A stretch of 64,000 nucleotides of DNA from Candidatus Ozemobacteraceae bacterium (GCA_965140445.1 OZ223236.1:3904001-3968000); one strand, 5' to 3'. Positions 1 through 9,896 are shown, numbered from the stretch's first letter. The notes: a model not told the origin generated them from the letters alone. Translations and numbers: made by a program.

Positions 1-1023
1 ATCAAAAAATGGATCAGCAAAAGCTTCGATATTTGCGGGAAAGCTGACCAACGCCTCTTTTGTTATGGGAAGGGTATTTTCTTTTCTAGTTAAAAATCTA
101 ATAAAACTGGCCGCAATATCCGGATTTTTACAGGTTTTAAATAGTACAAGTATTTCTCCACCCATAAATGAAGCGCTGTACCCTTTGCCATTATCTGGTT
201 CAGGAATCAAGGCCACTGAAAAGTCCAGGTCAGGAGCATCTTTTGGATATCTGGCAAAATTCCAAGAGCCAGAAATCGTCATCCCAAGCTTTCCACGCTT
301 GAAAGCTTCGTCTAACAGGTCCTGTTTTTCTCTGTAACTATATTTCTGCAATTCCAGATAATAGGTAAAAGCTTCCCGGGTTTGGGGGCTGTCAAAAACG
401 TAATTTCCGTTTTCATCAAGAATTTTACCGTGATTTCCCCATACAAAAGGGAGAAATTTCTTGTATAAAATATGCCCCTCGCCTGCATTCATACCAAAAC
501 CAAAAGTCCCATCAGCAGGATTATGGATTTTTTTTGCAGCGGCTAGCATTTCAGACCAGGTCTTTGGAGGATTATCCGGATTTAAACCTGCAGCCTTAAA
601 AAGACTCCTATTGTAGAATAGAACTCGGGTTCCAGCGAGCCATGGCATACCATACAAACGGCCACCCATTTGGGCAGGTTCCCACATCAAGTATTCTTTT
701 TTCAGATCAGAAAACTTATCAGTTACATCAAGTAAAGCGCCCTCTGACATGAACTTTCCCATCCATGTCGAACCAATTTCACAGATATCAGGAGCGCGAC
801 CATTTGCCATGGCAACAATGATCTTGTCCAGACCATTTCCCCAGTTAATCTGCTCATTATGGATTTTTACGCCTGGGTTTTCTTTTTCGAACTTTTCTAT
901 AACAGGAAGTATGAACTTTGGATTCCAGAAATTCCAGAAGACTAACTCCTCTGCGGCAAAAGAAAAAGATGCCTGCAGAAATAAAACCAAAAAAAATACA
1001 CTTTTTATAGCTAGTCTACTCAC
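1..1023 (-). CDS. ABC transporter extracellular solute-binding protein (sugar family 1), 3' end runs off the window
   Basis: Not in ORF track. Manual minus-strand translation from GTG at 1023: MSRLAIKSVFFLVLFLQASFSFAAEELVFWNFW...GRAPDICEIGSTW...YGMPWLAGTRVLFYNRSLFKAAGLNPDNPPKTWSEM; signal peptide plus typical SBP_bac_1 motifs; frame open to base 1. Confidence 0.9.
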   Translation of the reverse strand, partial: MSRLAIKSVFFLVLFLQASFSFAAEELVFWNFWNPKFILPVIEKFEKENPGVKIHNEQINWGNGLDKIIVAMANGRAPDICEIGSTWMGKFMSEGALLDVTDKFSDLKKEYLMWEPAQMGGRLYGMPWLAGTRVLFYNRSLFKAAGLNPDNPPKTWSEMLAAAKKIHNPADGTFGFGMNAGEGHILYKKFLPFVWGNHGKILDENGNYVFDSPQTREAFTYYLELQKYSYREKQDLLDEAFKRGKLGMTISGSWNFARYPKDAPDLDFSVALIPEPDNGKGYSASFMGGEILVLFKTCKNPDIAASFIRFLTRKENTLPITKEALVSFPANIEAFADPFFD

Positions 1024-1128
1024 CGGTTCTTTTTAGCAGTTTAAAAGTTGCTTGGCAAGGTATTAATTTGCAGAAATCGCTATTTTGGTGTAAAGTTCTC
1101 GCAACATAAAAGAACCGAGAGGAAAATC

Positions 1129-1626
1129 ATGCAAGAAATAGTGAGAGTAGTAACTAAAGAACAGATCCAAACACTGGCCAATCTGGCAAAACTAATTTGG
1201 ACAAGCCATTACACCCCTATAATCGGAAAAAACCAGGTTGACTACATGGTTGAGAAATACCAATCCGTTAAGGCCATTTTAGAGCAAATAGAAAACGAAA
1301 ATTACTTATATTTCCTTCTTTACCAGAACAGGGAGCCGGCAGGCTATTTTTCCTTTAAATTAGATGAAAATGAAGTATTTTTAAGCAAGCTCTATGTTAA
1401 AGCTGAGCTCCGCAAAAAAGGGCTGGGTCGCAAAGCTATGACTTTCATCCAGAATATTACCGCCGAAAATTGTCTAAAAAACATCAGACTGACTGTAAAT
1501 AAGAATAACAAAGACTCAATTTCTGCCTATTTGAAGCTCGGCTTTGAAAATGTTGGACCATTAGTAACAGATATAGGAAATGGATTTGTTATGGATGATT
1601 ACGTTTTGCGTAAAACACTGTCGTAG
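1129..1626 (+). CDS. GNAT family N-acetyltransferase
   Basis: LSKLYV..RKKGLGR acetyl-CoA motif A and LTVNKNN..AYLKLGF; ATG 1129 follows GAGAGGA RBS (ORF-track start 1048 is probably too long). Confidence 0.9.
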   Translation: MQEIVRVVTKEQIQTLANLAKLIWTSHYTPIIGKNQVDYMVEKYQSVKAILEQIENENYLYFLLYQNREPAGYFSFKLDENEVFLSKLYVKAELRKKGLGRKAMTFIQNITAENCLKNIRLTVNKNNKDSISAYLKLGFENVGPLVTDIGNGFVMDDYVLRKTLS

Positions 1627-2579
1627 CAAGAGGTTTTATCATTACTGAAGCAGTAAATAAATCTTTCACTGCCAAAGCCACTGATTAAAAGCCGTTCTTT
1701 CTGGTTTGCCAGCAAAGTCGCGGTCCAATCAGTAAAACCGCCATCAACAATAAAATTGTCATCGAAGTATATGTTAAAACGCATACCACGATAATAGCCT
1801 TCCCCCTCAGAGTTTTCGTTGCTGAATTTGAAACAAACCTCTGGAAACTCTCTGTGCAATTCATTTATGGCGTATTCGCAAAGGTCATACATAGAATCTT
1901 CATATACTGTAAACAGTATTTTTATCTTGGAAAACTCATATCCAAGTTCTTTGAGTTTTTTTGCGAGTTTGAGATGGTAGTAAAGTTGTTCCAAAAGCGA
2001 TCTGCGCTCAAACTCTAATCCGCCTTCGTCCCTACCGGCCATTACCATCGAAAATATTCGAAAATGAGCAAAAGAAGCTGCTCCAGAAAAGGTTTGAGTC
2101 CTGGTCAAACGATGGCTGGCGCATAGTCCAACTATTTCAGTGGATCTTGGCGAACCCAATAAAAGTTGCCGTCTTCGCACTGCACATTCCAAGGCAAGAA
2201 AATTGGTAGAATCGGAACAAACTTCTGTATTTCTTGTAGTAGAAATACAGTTGTTCTGGTTCACCGGTGCCATTACACTGTTAGTTCCAAGGGGACACAC
2301 CGGAGGTAGCTCTATGGCCTGAAAATTCTCAGGCAGCAAATCATAAGCTAGTTGATCAAAAGCGGCGAAGAACTTTGGGTTTATATGTGAAGGTTTTACA
2401 AATCTATTGTTTCCATAAGAAATCATCAGATCCCTTGCGGAAAGTTTTTCAGCTCTAAAACGAAAAGTTTCAATGAGCAAAGATTGAAGATCAGAAGAAT
2501 TAAGCCTTTCGCTCAATAGCTTAAAAGCCTTCAAACACTCTTCATCCTTAAACAACCTGTTAAGAATTTTTTCTTTCAT
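1599..2579 (-). CDS. Conserved hypothetical protein with class II aminoacyl-tRNA synthetase-like catalytic motifs
   Basis: Motif-2-like HRLTRTQTF...FAHFRIF, HisRS-like GYYRGMRFNI and DGGFTDW, motif-3-like ISGFGSER; no anticodon-binding domain. Confidence 0.55.
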   Translation of the reverse strand: MKEKILNRLFKDEECLKAFKLLSERLNSSDLQSLLIETFRFRAEKLSARDLMISYGNNRFVKPSHINPKFFAAFDQLAYDLLPENFQAIELPPVCPLGTNSVMAPVNQNNCISTTRNTEVCSDSTNFLALECAVRRRQLLLGSPRSTEIVGLCASHRLTRTQTFSGAASFAHFRIFSMVMAGRDEGGLEFERRSLLEQLYYHLKLAKKLKELGYEFSKIKILFTVYEDSMYDLCEYAINELHREFPEVCFKFSNENSEGEGYYRGMRFNIYFDDNFIVDGGFTDWTATLLANQKERLLISGFGSERFIYCFSNDKTSCYDSVLRKT

Positions 2580-2662
2580 AAATTTCCCCCAACTTGCAAT
2601 TTCGCCATTTGGAACAACAGAAATTTAACTTGCCCATTGAAACTTAAACGCCTTCAGATAGC

Positions 2663-4336
2663 TTAGATTGAAAACTTCCTGAACTTTGCCCTGCGCCCTT
2701 CATTAGCTGCAGTGCCCATTTTCTTCAAACAGCTGTTTTCATAGTCTTCAAAGTTTCCTTCGAACCATGAAACCTTGGCATTACCCTCAAACACTAAAAG
2801 ATGAGTACAAATTCTGTTGAGGAAAAAGCGATCATGACTTATAACCAGAGCACAGCCCGCAAATTCGTCGATAGCATCTTCCAGAAGTCGTAAAGTTCCA
2901 ACATCAAGATCATTCGTTGGTTCATCCAACATTAGAAGGTTTCCGCCAGATTTTACGATCTTGGCCAGATGCACGCGGTTTCTTTCTCCGCCAGACAAAT
3001 TGCCCACTTTTTTCTGCTGATCTGATCCTTTGAATCCAAATCGGCCACAATAAGCTCTGGAAGGTATTCTTATCTTACCAAACTGAACTTCATCCAGACC
3101 ATCGCTGATTTCGTCAAAAACAGTTTTGTCACCTTCAAGAACTTCCCGGTGCTGATCTACCCAGGCCATCTTAACAGTTGGCCCTACAGTTACCGTTCCC
3201 GAATCAGGGGTTTCTACGCCAGCGATCATTCTAAACATAGTAGTTTTACCAGCCCCGTTCGGGCCAATAATTCCAACAACAGCGCCTCTTGGCAGCTTAA
3301 ACTGAACATCTTCGAGGAGTTTATTCTGCCCATAAGCTTTGCCCACGCCTTCAAATTCAACAACCTGATCACCCAGGTGTTCCGCTGGTGCAATCTGAAT
3401 AACAGTCTCATCGCCTCTTTCACCAGGAATTCCACGAGCTACAAGATCTTCGAATTTGGCAATTCTGTCTTTGTGTAGTTCACGTCTATCGCCAGAATTC
3501 ATTCTAATCCACTTTAGCTCGCGCTCAAGAGAACGACGTTTAGCTGACTCACGTTTTTCTGCTTTTGCCAGGATTTCAAGTTTTTGGGCTAACCAGGAAC
3601 TGTAGTTTCCTTCGAAAGGAATTCCACGCCCTTCATCAAGCTCCAGAATCCATTTAGTAATATTATCGAGGAAATATCGGTCATGTGTAGAAATAATAAC
3701 TGTTCCGGGATAGTCTTTCAGGTAGTTTTCAAGCCATGCAACTGTCTGTGCATCAAGATGGTTCGTAGGCTCATCAAGTAGAAGCAGGTCCGGCTGTTCA
3801 AGCAACACGCGGCACAAGGCAACGCGACGCTTTTCCCCACCAGAAAGTTTATCAACCAGCATATCATCAGGTGGAAGCACAAGAGCATTGGCCGCCACAT
3901 TCATTTTTGTTTCAAGATCCCAGCCATCAACGGCGTCAATTTTATCCTGTAGCTTGGCCATTTTATCCATCGCCTTGTCCATATCATCGGGGTCCATATC
4001 GCCCATCGCTACAGAGATATCTTCATATTCCTTTATCAGAGCAAGTGTTTCAGCGAAAGCACCTTCAATATTCTCACGAACGGTTTTTCCTTCTTCTAAC
4101 GTTGGTTCCTGCGGAACAAAACCCACTTTAGTTCCCTTAAGGGGTTCGGCCTGCCCACGAAATTCTTTATCCAAACCAGCCATTATTCTCAAAACAGTAC
4201 TTTTTCCTGCGCCATTTGCACCAACGATTCCAATTTTAGCGCCCGGAAAGAAGCACAGATTAATGTCTTTTAGTACCTGCCGAGACCCATAAAACTTGCT
4301 CAGCCCCAACATAGTGAAAATATATTTTTCAGCCAT
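2663..4336 (-). CDS. ettA: Energy-dependent translational throttle protein EttA (ABC-F ATPase)
   Basis: Two ABC cassettes (GANGAGKS/LSGGEKRR/LLLLDEPTNHLD and GPNGAGKT/LSGGERNR/LDEPTNDLD), no TM segments, N-terminus YIFTM..L.K..LKDINLCFFPGAKIG typical of EttA/ChvD. Confidence 0.93.
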   Translation of the reverse strand: MAEKYIFTMLGLSKFYGSRQVLKDINLCFFPGAKIGIVGANGAGKSTVLRIMAGLDKEFRGQAEPLKGTKVGFVPQEPTLEEGKTVRENIEGAFAETLALIKEYEDISVAMGDMDPDDMDKAMDKMAKLQDKIDAVDGWDLETKMNVAANALVLPPDDMLVDKLSGGEKRRVALCRVLLEQPDLLLLDEPTNHLDAQTVAWLENYLKDYPGTVIISTHDRYFLDNITKWILELDEGRGIPFEGNYSSWLAQKLEILAKAEKRESAKRRSLERELKWIRMNSGDRRELHKDRIAKFEDLVARGIPGERGDETVIQIAPAEHLGDQVVEFEGVGKAYGQNKLLEDVQFKLPRGAVVGIIGPNGAGKTTMFRMIAGVETPDSGTVTVGPTVKMAWVDQHREVLEGDKTVFDEISDGLDEVQFGKIRIPSRAYCGRFGFKGSDQQKKVGNLSGGERNRVHLAKIVKSGGNLLMLDEPTNDLDVGTLRLLEDAIDEFAGCALVISHDRFFLNRICTHLLVFEGNAKVSWFEGNFEDYENSCLKKMGTAANEGRRAKFRKFSI

Positions 4337-4430
4337 CCTGTTCCACACCTCAAGTTAATTTAGCCTGATTTTAACGTAAAATCACTATGGTAACAAGCTG
4401 AATGAAAATTGGTGCATCTAGTTAGAAATT

Positions 4431-4459
4431 TAGCATTAAAATAATAAATTTTAATGCTA
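4431..4459. terminator. 12-bp perfect inverted repeat downstream of the diadenylate cyclase gene (terminator or operator)
   Basis: TAGCATTAAAAT-aataa-ATTTTAATGCTA. Confidence 0.45.
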
Positions 4460-4536
4460 GCATGAACTTGTATAAGTTAAAGGAGCAACTTCTTAGAAGC
4501 TTATCAGTGCACTTTAAAGTTAATATACCAACCTAA

Positions 4537-6297
4537 CTATTCTAATAAATAGTAACTATCATTCATTTCCGGGTTAGGAACGTATTCTTTATATAAATCA
4601 ATCAAAATATTAGGGTATAATTCTTTTCCTGGAAACTGAGAAAAAATGGTATTCAGCCTTTTACATTCTTCACCGTTCAGATAAAACCTAAATTGCTCAA
4701 ACTGCTTTATAGCAATATGCAACCGAAAATGACTCTGTGAAGACTTCATCATAACTCTTTCAAGAGAGTCTATTGCTTCTAGAATTTCTGAATGTTTCTT
4801 CTTAGGTTTCAATTCTGGTAGAACGCTTACCATACCATCTTCAGACACTATCAATACAACCAGCCCTAAATCTTTTTGCTTTTCTTTTCTTGCCGAGTAA
4901 TATCTTAAAGAAGAATTAAACCTTGCTCCTCTTTCTGACGTTCCTAAATCTTTTTTTGCCTCTCCATCCAAAATAACACCACATGCGTAGCAGATTCCGT
5001 TTGGATCTATAAGTAAAGCACCGTCAATCGAGGTTAAAGCGCTTACATGTTCCTTTTTTAATTTACATTTTTTTAGCATAAAGCATTGGTTTTTCAGTCT
5101 ATTTGCTTCAGATTGCGCCTCTTCAGAAATTACCAAAACTGTGCCGTGGGTCTGTTTTTTTGATTCTTCAACGAAGGAGGCAAGTAAATTAAGTTTAATC
5201 TCTTTAAGACCTTTAAATACTCTTTGAAGTTCCCTCTTTATATTATCAATAGATTTTTCTTCTTCTGGTAAAAACGGAGTATTGAATCTAACTCGCATCA
5301 AAGGTTTCCCGCCGTGGGATAAATTCCATTTAAATTGCCCCAAAAACTCAACAAAGAAAACCTCATTAATTTCATTGTTAAGTTTTTTTTTCAATTTTCC
5401 TATTCCAAGAATCCACTCCGAGTCAGAAATCAAAAACGTTTTTTCCCGACACATTTCCAAAAGTTTTCTTACTTTTCTATGGCTACTTATCGAAATTTTC
5501 TCTTCAAACGAGTAGACTAAATCAACACACGAGTTTTCAGGCCTTGCAAAAAGAATTTTCCCTTGAGTTTTTTCACCTTCATAGGTTAAACAAGAAATCT
5601 TGTTGCATACCTCGTAAAGAGAAATACTGACTGTTCCTAAAACAAATTTTGGCTTTTGCCCTTGAAAAAAATTTTTTCCTGCTTTAATAAATAATTCTTC
5701 AGGATCAAAATTTCCTCTTTTAAAATCTTCATTTGACAAAACTGAATAGCAATTGTCCAGGAATAATGTCGCTACGGACGAGAAAAAAGAATTGAAGGAT
5801 ACTTGCTTTTGAGATTTATATTGATTTCGCAAAAACTTATACTTTTCTACAATTTCCTTAGATACCTCAAGAAAAACTAGCACCAAATACTTTTCTTTTC
5901 TTATAAAGTTAGAAATATATCTTCGCTTTCCCGGAAGAATCTCCCAACTTTGTAAAAATTCATAAATACTTTTTCTTTTCTCAGCATACAAGGAGAAATC
6001 TTGCGGATTTGGAGGGTTTAAATTACCAAAGACCTTGAATCTGATCTTTTGATCCAATTTGGACCAAACTTCAACTTCATCCTTTATTTTCAAAATTTCA
6101 CTTGGCTCTTCTACTTGACAGCTTGGTTCAAAAATAACTTTATCATCCCCACTTTTTGTTGGAATAGCCAAAATAGAAACTTTTTGCAACAACCTTTTAT
6201 CTAATTTCCAAAAAATTGAATTTGCCGAATCTTGGAAAGTATCACAATAATTTGCTATCTTAGTAGATAGTTTTAAATATTCATCTTCTATAATCAC
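4537..6297 (-). CDS. Diadenylate cyclase (DisA_N/DAC domain) with large N-terminal putative sensor region
   Basis: C-terminal HGTVLVIS...SIDGALLID...GVILDG...RGARFNSSLRY...IVSEDG; DGA motif intact, RHR motif appears as RFN; no TM helices, no DisA HhH. Confidence 0.8.
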   Translation of the reverse strand: MIIEDEYLKLSTKIANYCDTFQDSANSIFWKLDKRLLQKVSILAIPTKSGDDKVIFEPSCQVEEPSEILKIKDEVEVWSKLDQKIRFKVFGNLNPPNPQDFSLYAEKRKSIYEFLQSWEILPGKRRYISNFIRKEKYLVLVFLEVSKEIVEKYKFLRNQYKSQKQVSFNSFFSSVATLFLDNCYSVLSNEDFKRGNFDPEELFIKAGKNFFQGQKPKFVLGTVSISLYEVCNKISCLTYEGEKTQGKILFARPENSCVDLVYSFEEKISISSHRKVRKLLEMCREKTFLISDSEWILGIGKLKKKLNNEINEVFFVEFLGQFKWNLSHGGKPLMRVRFNTPFLPEEEKSIDNIKRELQRVFKGLKEIKLNLLASFVEESKKQTHGTVLVISEEAQSEANRLKNQCFMLKKCKLKKEHVSALTSIDGALLIDPNGICYACGVILDGEAKKDLGTSERGARFNSSLRYYSARKEKQKDLGLVVLIVSEDGMVSVLPELKPKKKHSEILEAIDSLERVMMKSSQSHFRLHIAIKQFEQFRFYLNGEECKRLNTIFSQFPGKELYPNILIDLYKEYVPNPEMNDSYYLLE

Positions 6298-6541
6298 AAT
6301 TCCCTTACCTTTTCAAACCCAGCTCACGAAATGTTTTTCAGTTCTACAAAATAGAAAAATGCAAAACATGAATTGTTGCATGGTTACATCATTTTGCCAT
6401 CCACATTATAAGTATTTACTAGTAATATGCAAAATAAGAATTCATAGATATCATAAAAAAAATTAGTAACTGTTTTGTTAAATGGATAAAAGTCTTTGAA
6501 CAAATAGCCTAGAAAAATCAATTTAATCCCACCCAAAACAA

Positions 6542-6948
6542 AAAATTACTGCGAAAATTAAACAAGAAAAGCAAGCTGGTCTAGATGCCTTAAAGCATGA
6601 ACCACGAGCTGTAGCTACACGTTACGACAAAAAAAACAAGCGAATCATTTTTGATCTTAGTTCTGGCGTTTCCTTTATGTTTCCTGTTAGCTTAGCAAAA
6701 GGGTTATAGAATGCTTCTGAAAAAGCAATTTTAAAAGTCAGCGTTCTTGCTGATGGTTTTGCAATATTCTGGGAAGAATTGGATTTAGCTCTTAGCGTTC
6801 CAGATCTTATATTAGGGGTTTTTGGCTCAAAAAAATTTATAGTGAAATAAGACGGAAAGGTGGTAGCAAATCCTCATCAGCCAAAGCCAATGCAGCAAGA
6901 ATCAATAGAATACTGGGCGGAAGGCCCAAAAAAGTTAATGTTGGTTAG
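6542..6948 (+). pseudogene. Decayed DUF2442-family (putative antitoxin) gene
   Basis: Manual translation: ...EPRAVATRYDKKNKRIIFDLSSGVSFMFPVSLAKGL*NASEKAILKVSVLADGFAIFWEELDLALSVPDLILGVFGSKKF then frameshift near 6840 to SEIRRKGGSKSSSAKANAARINRILGGRPKK*; in-frame TAG at 6707-6709, no start codon. Confidence 0.8.
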
Positions 6949-6978
6949 ATAAAAAATGTTGTGACTAACCGCATTTTA

Positions 6979-8541
6979 TTAAACATACGAAGTTGATTTT
7001 AGAATCTCCACCCATTTTTTAACTTCTTCAAGTTTTATAGGGAGTTGGTTAGCTTTGAAAGGAGCAATTTTCCAGGACCGGTGAATTGAACAAATATCTT
7101 TTTTCCCTTCTATCACAATGTAGATTCCAATTTCTCCGGTTTTGTTTGCCATTTCTCTTATTCCAAGCATAAAGATCCTTGCTTTTGATCCATTAATCTT
7201 TCCGGTAAAAATTTCATCATAAACCACTTTACCAGGAGCTTGTCGGCTATGATTTAGAATCATGTTTTTTACAAACATCTCTGCATTAATACCCTTTTCC
7301 ATTAATCCCTTAAAGCCCTGTATGGTAAGCAGATCTTTCCAGGAGTTAATATCCTGACCAAGTGGAACATATTCTACCAGATAATGTTGTCTGTTTTCTG
7401 CCTTATACGCTGGTAAAATTGGCCAGGTTTTTGGAAATTGATAAACAAGAGTTTGACTAAAAATTCTCATAACACTTTTAACCGAGTTACCAGGAAGTTC
7501 TTCTGCATTTTTTAACACAGACTTTTTAGCCTTTAATTGAACTTCTTTAAATGATTCCGATTCAGATTTAAGAATTTCAAAACTCTTAAAAACTTCGAAA
7601 GCCTCAGTTTTATATTTTTCATAGAATTCCACTGGCCCGGCAAATGTAACATTAAAACAACGATTTTTTCCAAGAACAAACATGAATGAGCATCTTGAAG
7701 GCATTCCTCCAATACTCTGGTTAATGGATAAAACAAAGTTGCCATTTACGTTTTGTTCATCACAAACACCGTCATTACTTACATTTTGAAAATGCCTAAT
7801 GAGCGCTTCCTTACCTTCACGCCAGGGAAAAATCATTGGGTTCATATGGCACAAAATTAAGGGGGATCGTGGAATATCGCGAATCATTAATACCTGTTTC
7901 TCGTTTAAGCGTTCAAATTGCCACAGTTTTGAGTTAAACTTTACACAGGCTTCTTTATCCCCGAAGTAAATCTTTTCATCTTTTTGGATTTTTTCATCTG
8001 GTAGCAGAACTGAAGCTTCAGAATGTGACGCATAAATGGATCTCAAATCTTTCAAAATTGCTGTTGCAACATCTAATTTCTGATTTTTATATGCACCAAT
8101 CAGCTCTTTGACTTTATGAGCAAAAATTTCCGGGCAACTCGTAATAGATAACTCAGAAAGTCCTTGAGCCAGATTCTGTGATTCAATCTTACTTCTTTCC
8201 GAAGAAGTAGCGAAAACCTGCAATTTAAATAAATTAAATGGGCCTGAGGCAATTATTTTTCTTTCTCTAACAACCTGACTTTGGCAAAAAAAACTTTCCA
8301 TAGATAACTTCTGCAACTTAGCAATATTTTTTCTTCTTTCATCGTCAGATTTAAAATTTTTCGCCTGAAGTAACCAGAAAATCTCCTTATCAAGTATTTT
8401 TTTGACTTCATAAGCGTCATTAACTTTGATTTTAAATTTCTCAATTTCATCATTAAACTGTTTGTATCCGTGGAATATTATTCCAGAGACACAAAATAAA
8501 AAAATGGCAAGCAACAGCTTTGTCTTCCGAGCATTCCCCAT
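6979..8541 (-). CDS. Hypothetical membrane-anchored or exported protein
   Basis: 520-aa ORF, N-terminal hydrophobic segment LLLAIFLFCVSGIIF, GGGAGA RBS; no recognised catalytic motif. Confidence 0.75.
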   Translation of the reverse strand: MGNARKTKLLLAIFLFCVSGIIFHGYKQFNDEIEKFKIKVNDAYEVKKILDKEIFWLLQAKNFKSDDERRKNIAKLQKLSMESFFCQSQVVRERKIIASGPFNLFKLQVFATSSERSKIESQNLAQGLSELSITSCPEIFAHKVKELIGAYKNQKLDVATAILKDLRSIYASHSEASVLLPDEKIQKDEKIYFGDKEACVKFNSKLWQFERLNEKQVLMIRDIPRSPLILCHMNPMIFPWREGKEALIRHFQNVSNDGVCDEQNVNGNFVLSINQSIGGMPSRCSFMFVLGKNRCFNVTFAGPVEFYEKYKTEAFEVFKSFEILKSESESFKEVQLKAKKSVLKNAEELPGNSVKSVMRIFSQTLVYQFPKTWPILPAYKAENRQHYLVEYVPLGQDINSWKDLLTIQGFKGLMEKGINAEMFVKNMILNHSRQAPGKVVYDEIFTGKINGSKARIFMLGIREMANKTGEIGIYIVIEGKKDICSIHRSWKIAPFKANQLPIKLEEVKKWVEILKSTSYV

Positions 8542-8697
8542 TGTCGTTCTCCCTATATCCTCTAATTTGGCCTATTTACAACAAAACCGACTACTCTACA
8601 AGGAAAGCTTTATTAGAGCAAGCAAAATAATTAACCAGCCACATTTGAGTGAAATGCTCCATCCCGAGGACAATAAGCTCCTTACTAAAATAGAGAA

Positions 8698-8737
8698 TGA
8701 GCGCAATATGAGTAGTTTAAAACTCATCCTGCGCTCA
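8698..8737. repeat. Imperfect intergenic hairpin
   Basis: TGAGCGCA-at-ATGAGT-agtttaaa-ACTCAT-cc-TGCGCTCA, 40 bp downstream of the AraC stop. Confidence 0.5.
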
Positions 8738-8777
8738 GAAATTAGAATCTGCTAAGAATTCGACCCAAACAAATCAA

Positions 8778-9677
8778 TTATTTTAATGGAATGCAGATAT
8801 CGAAAATCCACTTTCCTTCTGGATGCTCGCCAGCATGGTTGTGATAAATCTCCAGACAGGGTTTATCTCCACATTCATATCCGCTTTCGCACAGTCCGAC
8901 AAAAGCATCTTCCCACGCCTGCTGAAAGTTATCAGTCGCAATTTCAAAGTGAAAAACTGCGTAATTACCACCGCAAATAGTCTGAATGTTAATCTGCCCT
9001 TCAGGTAAAGTTTCTTCTGGAACAATTACACAAGTATCAAACCTGCACTTTTCGGGCGGCGTAACCTCAGGATTGTCCCAATAGATTGCCAACATTTTCC
9101 CTGGCCCTAATAGATTTCTTGGACCTGCCCATTGCAATAGTTCATTAAATGCGGGTTCACAAGTTTCCTTGCAATAGGGTCCAATTTTACGAATGTAAGC
9201 AACATTTTGCTCGGGCATCTCTCTTACTTCAAAGTTCATTACATTACTCCTTTTATGGTCATCTGGATTTCCAATATTAGAGTTATACAGAACCTGAAGA
9301 GATGTTTCGTTTCCACTATTGCTCAAAATGTTTCCAATCTTGCTTTTTCTATATTCTGAAGGGGTCATATCGAAATGCTGGCGGAAAGCTTTGGCAAAGT
9401 TTTGAGAGCTGGAAAAACCACAAGCAAATGCAATAGTCGTAATATCTTCTGTTTGCCTGGAAAGAAGGTGGTTCGCAGCTAATTCAAGGCGTAGTCGTCT
9501 GGTGAAGCCAGCAACAGTTTCTCCCACTACGGCTTTAAAAATCCTGTGAAAATGAAAAACTGAAAATGCTGCAACTTCTGCAATTTCTTCCAAGGTTAGA
9601 TCGCGCTCAATGTTCTTACTAATGAAATTCATGGCAAGACAAACACGCTTTTTGTAATCAATGGGCTTAGATGACAT
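8778..9677 (-). CDS. AraC family transcriptional regulator with GyrI-like effector domain
   Basis: N-terminal double HTH (LEEIAEVAAFSVFHFHRIFK; IAFACGFSSSQNFAKAFRQHFDMTPSEYR); C-terminal YWDNPEVTPPEKCRFD...LEIY...DICIP. Confidence 0.93.
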   Translation of the reverse strand: MSSKPIDYKKRVCLAMNFISKNIERDLTLEEIAEVAAFSVFHFHRIFKAVVGETVAGFTRRLRLELAANHLLSRQTEDITTIAFACGFSSSQNFAKAFRQHFDMTPSEYRKSKIGNILSNSGNETSLQVLYNSNIGNPDDHKRSNVMNFEVREMPEQNVAYIRKIGPYCKETCEPAFNELLQWAGPRNLLGPGKMLAIYWDNPEVTPPEKCRFDTCVIVPEETLPEGQINIQTICGGNYAVFHFEIATDNFQQAWEDAFVGLCESGYECGDKPCLEIYHNHAGEHPEGKWIFDICIPLK

Positions 9678-9842
9678 AAAACATCCTATTCTTTTTGATA
9701 TTACTCTTCTCTAATGTACTTATTTTCTAATCTAAAGTTAATTATATATATTAGGGTTTTATAAAAACTGGAAGACCACAATGTAGACAGTCCAATGCAA
9801 ATAAAAGGCAATTTACCTGGAGCTCATCCAACCCTCAAAAAT

Positions 9843-9877
9843 AAAGCTCCGAAGGCAATAATTGCACCCAGAGCTTT
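9843..9877 (-). terminator. Probable intrinsic terminator of 9897..10712
   Basis: AAAGCTC..GCAAT-a-ATTGC..GAGCTTT imperfect hairpin flanked by A/T tracts. Confidence 0.4.
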
Positions 9878-9896
9878 TTATTTTTGATTAAAAAAA

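Noticed and set aside
65..1036. Plus-strand ORFs 65..337 and 749..1036
   Set aside because: Antisense shadows of the truncated solute-binding protein gene
1053..1072. Second sigma54 promoter (TGGCAAGG...TTTGC)
   Set aside because: GG-to-GC spacing is 4 nt too long
6707..6709. TAG read-through (pyrrolysine or recoding) in the DUF2442 frame
   Set aside because: The same gene also has a frameshift and no start codon, and TAG ends several intact genes in the window; decay is the simpler explanation
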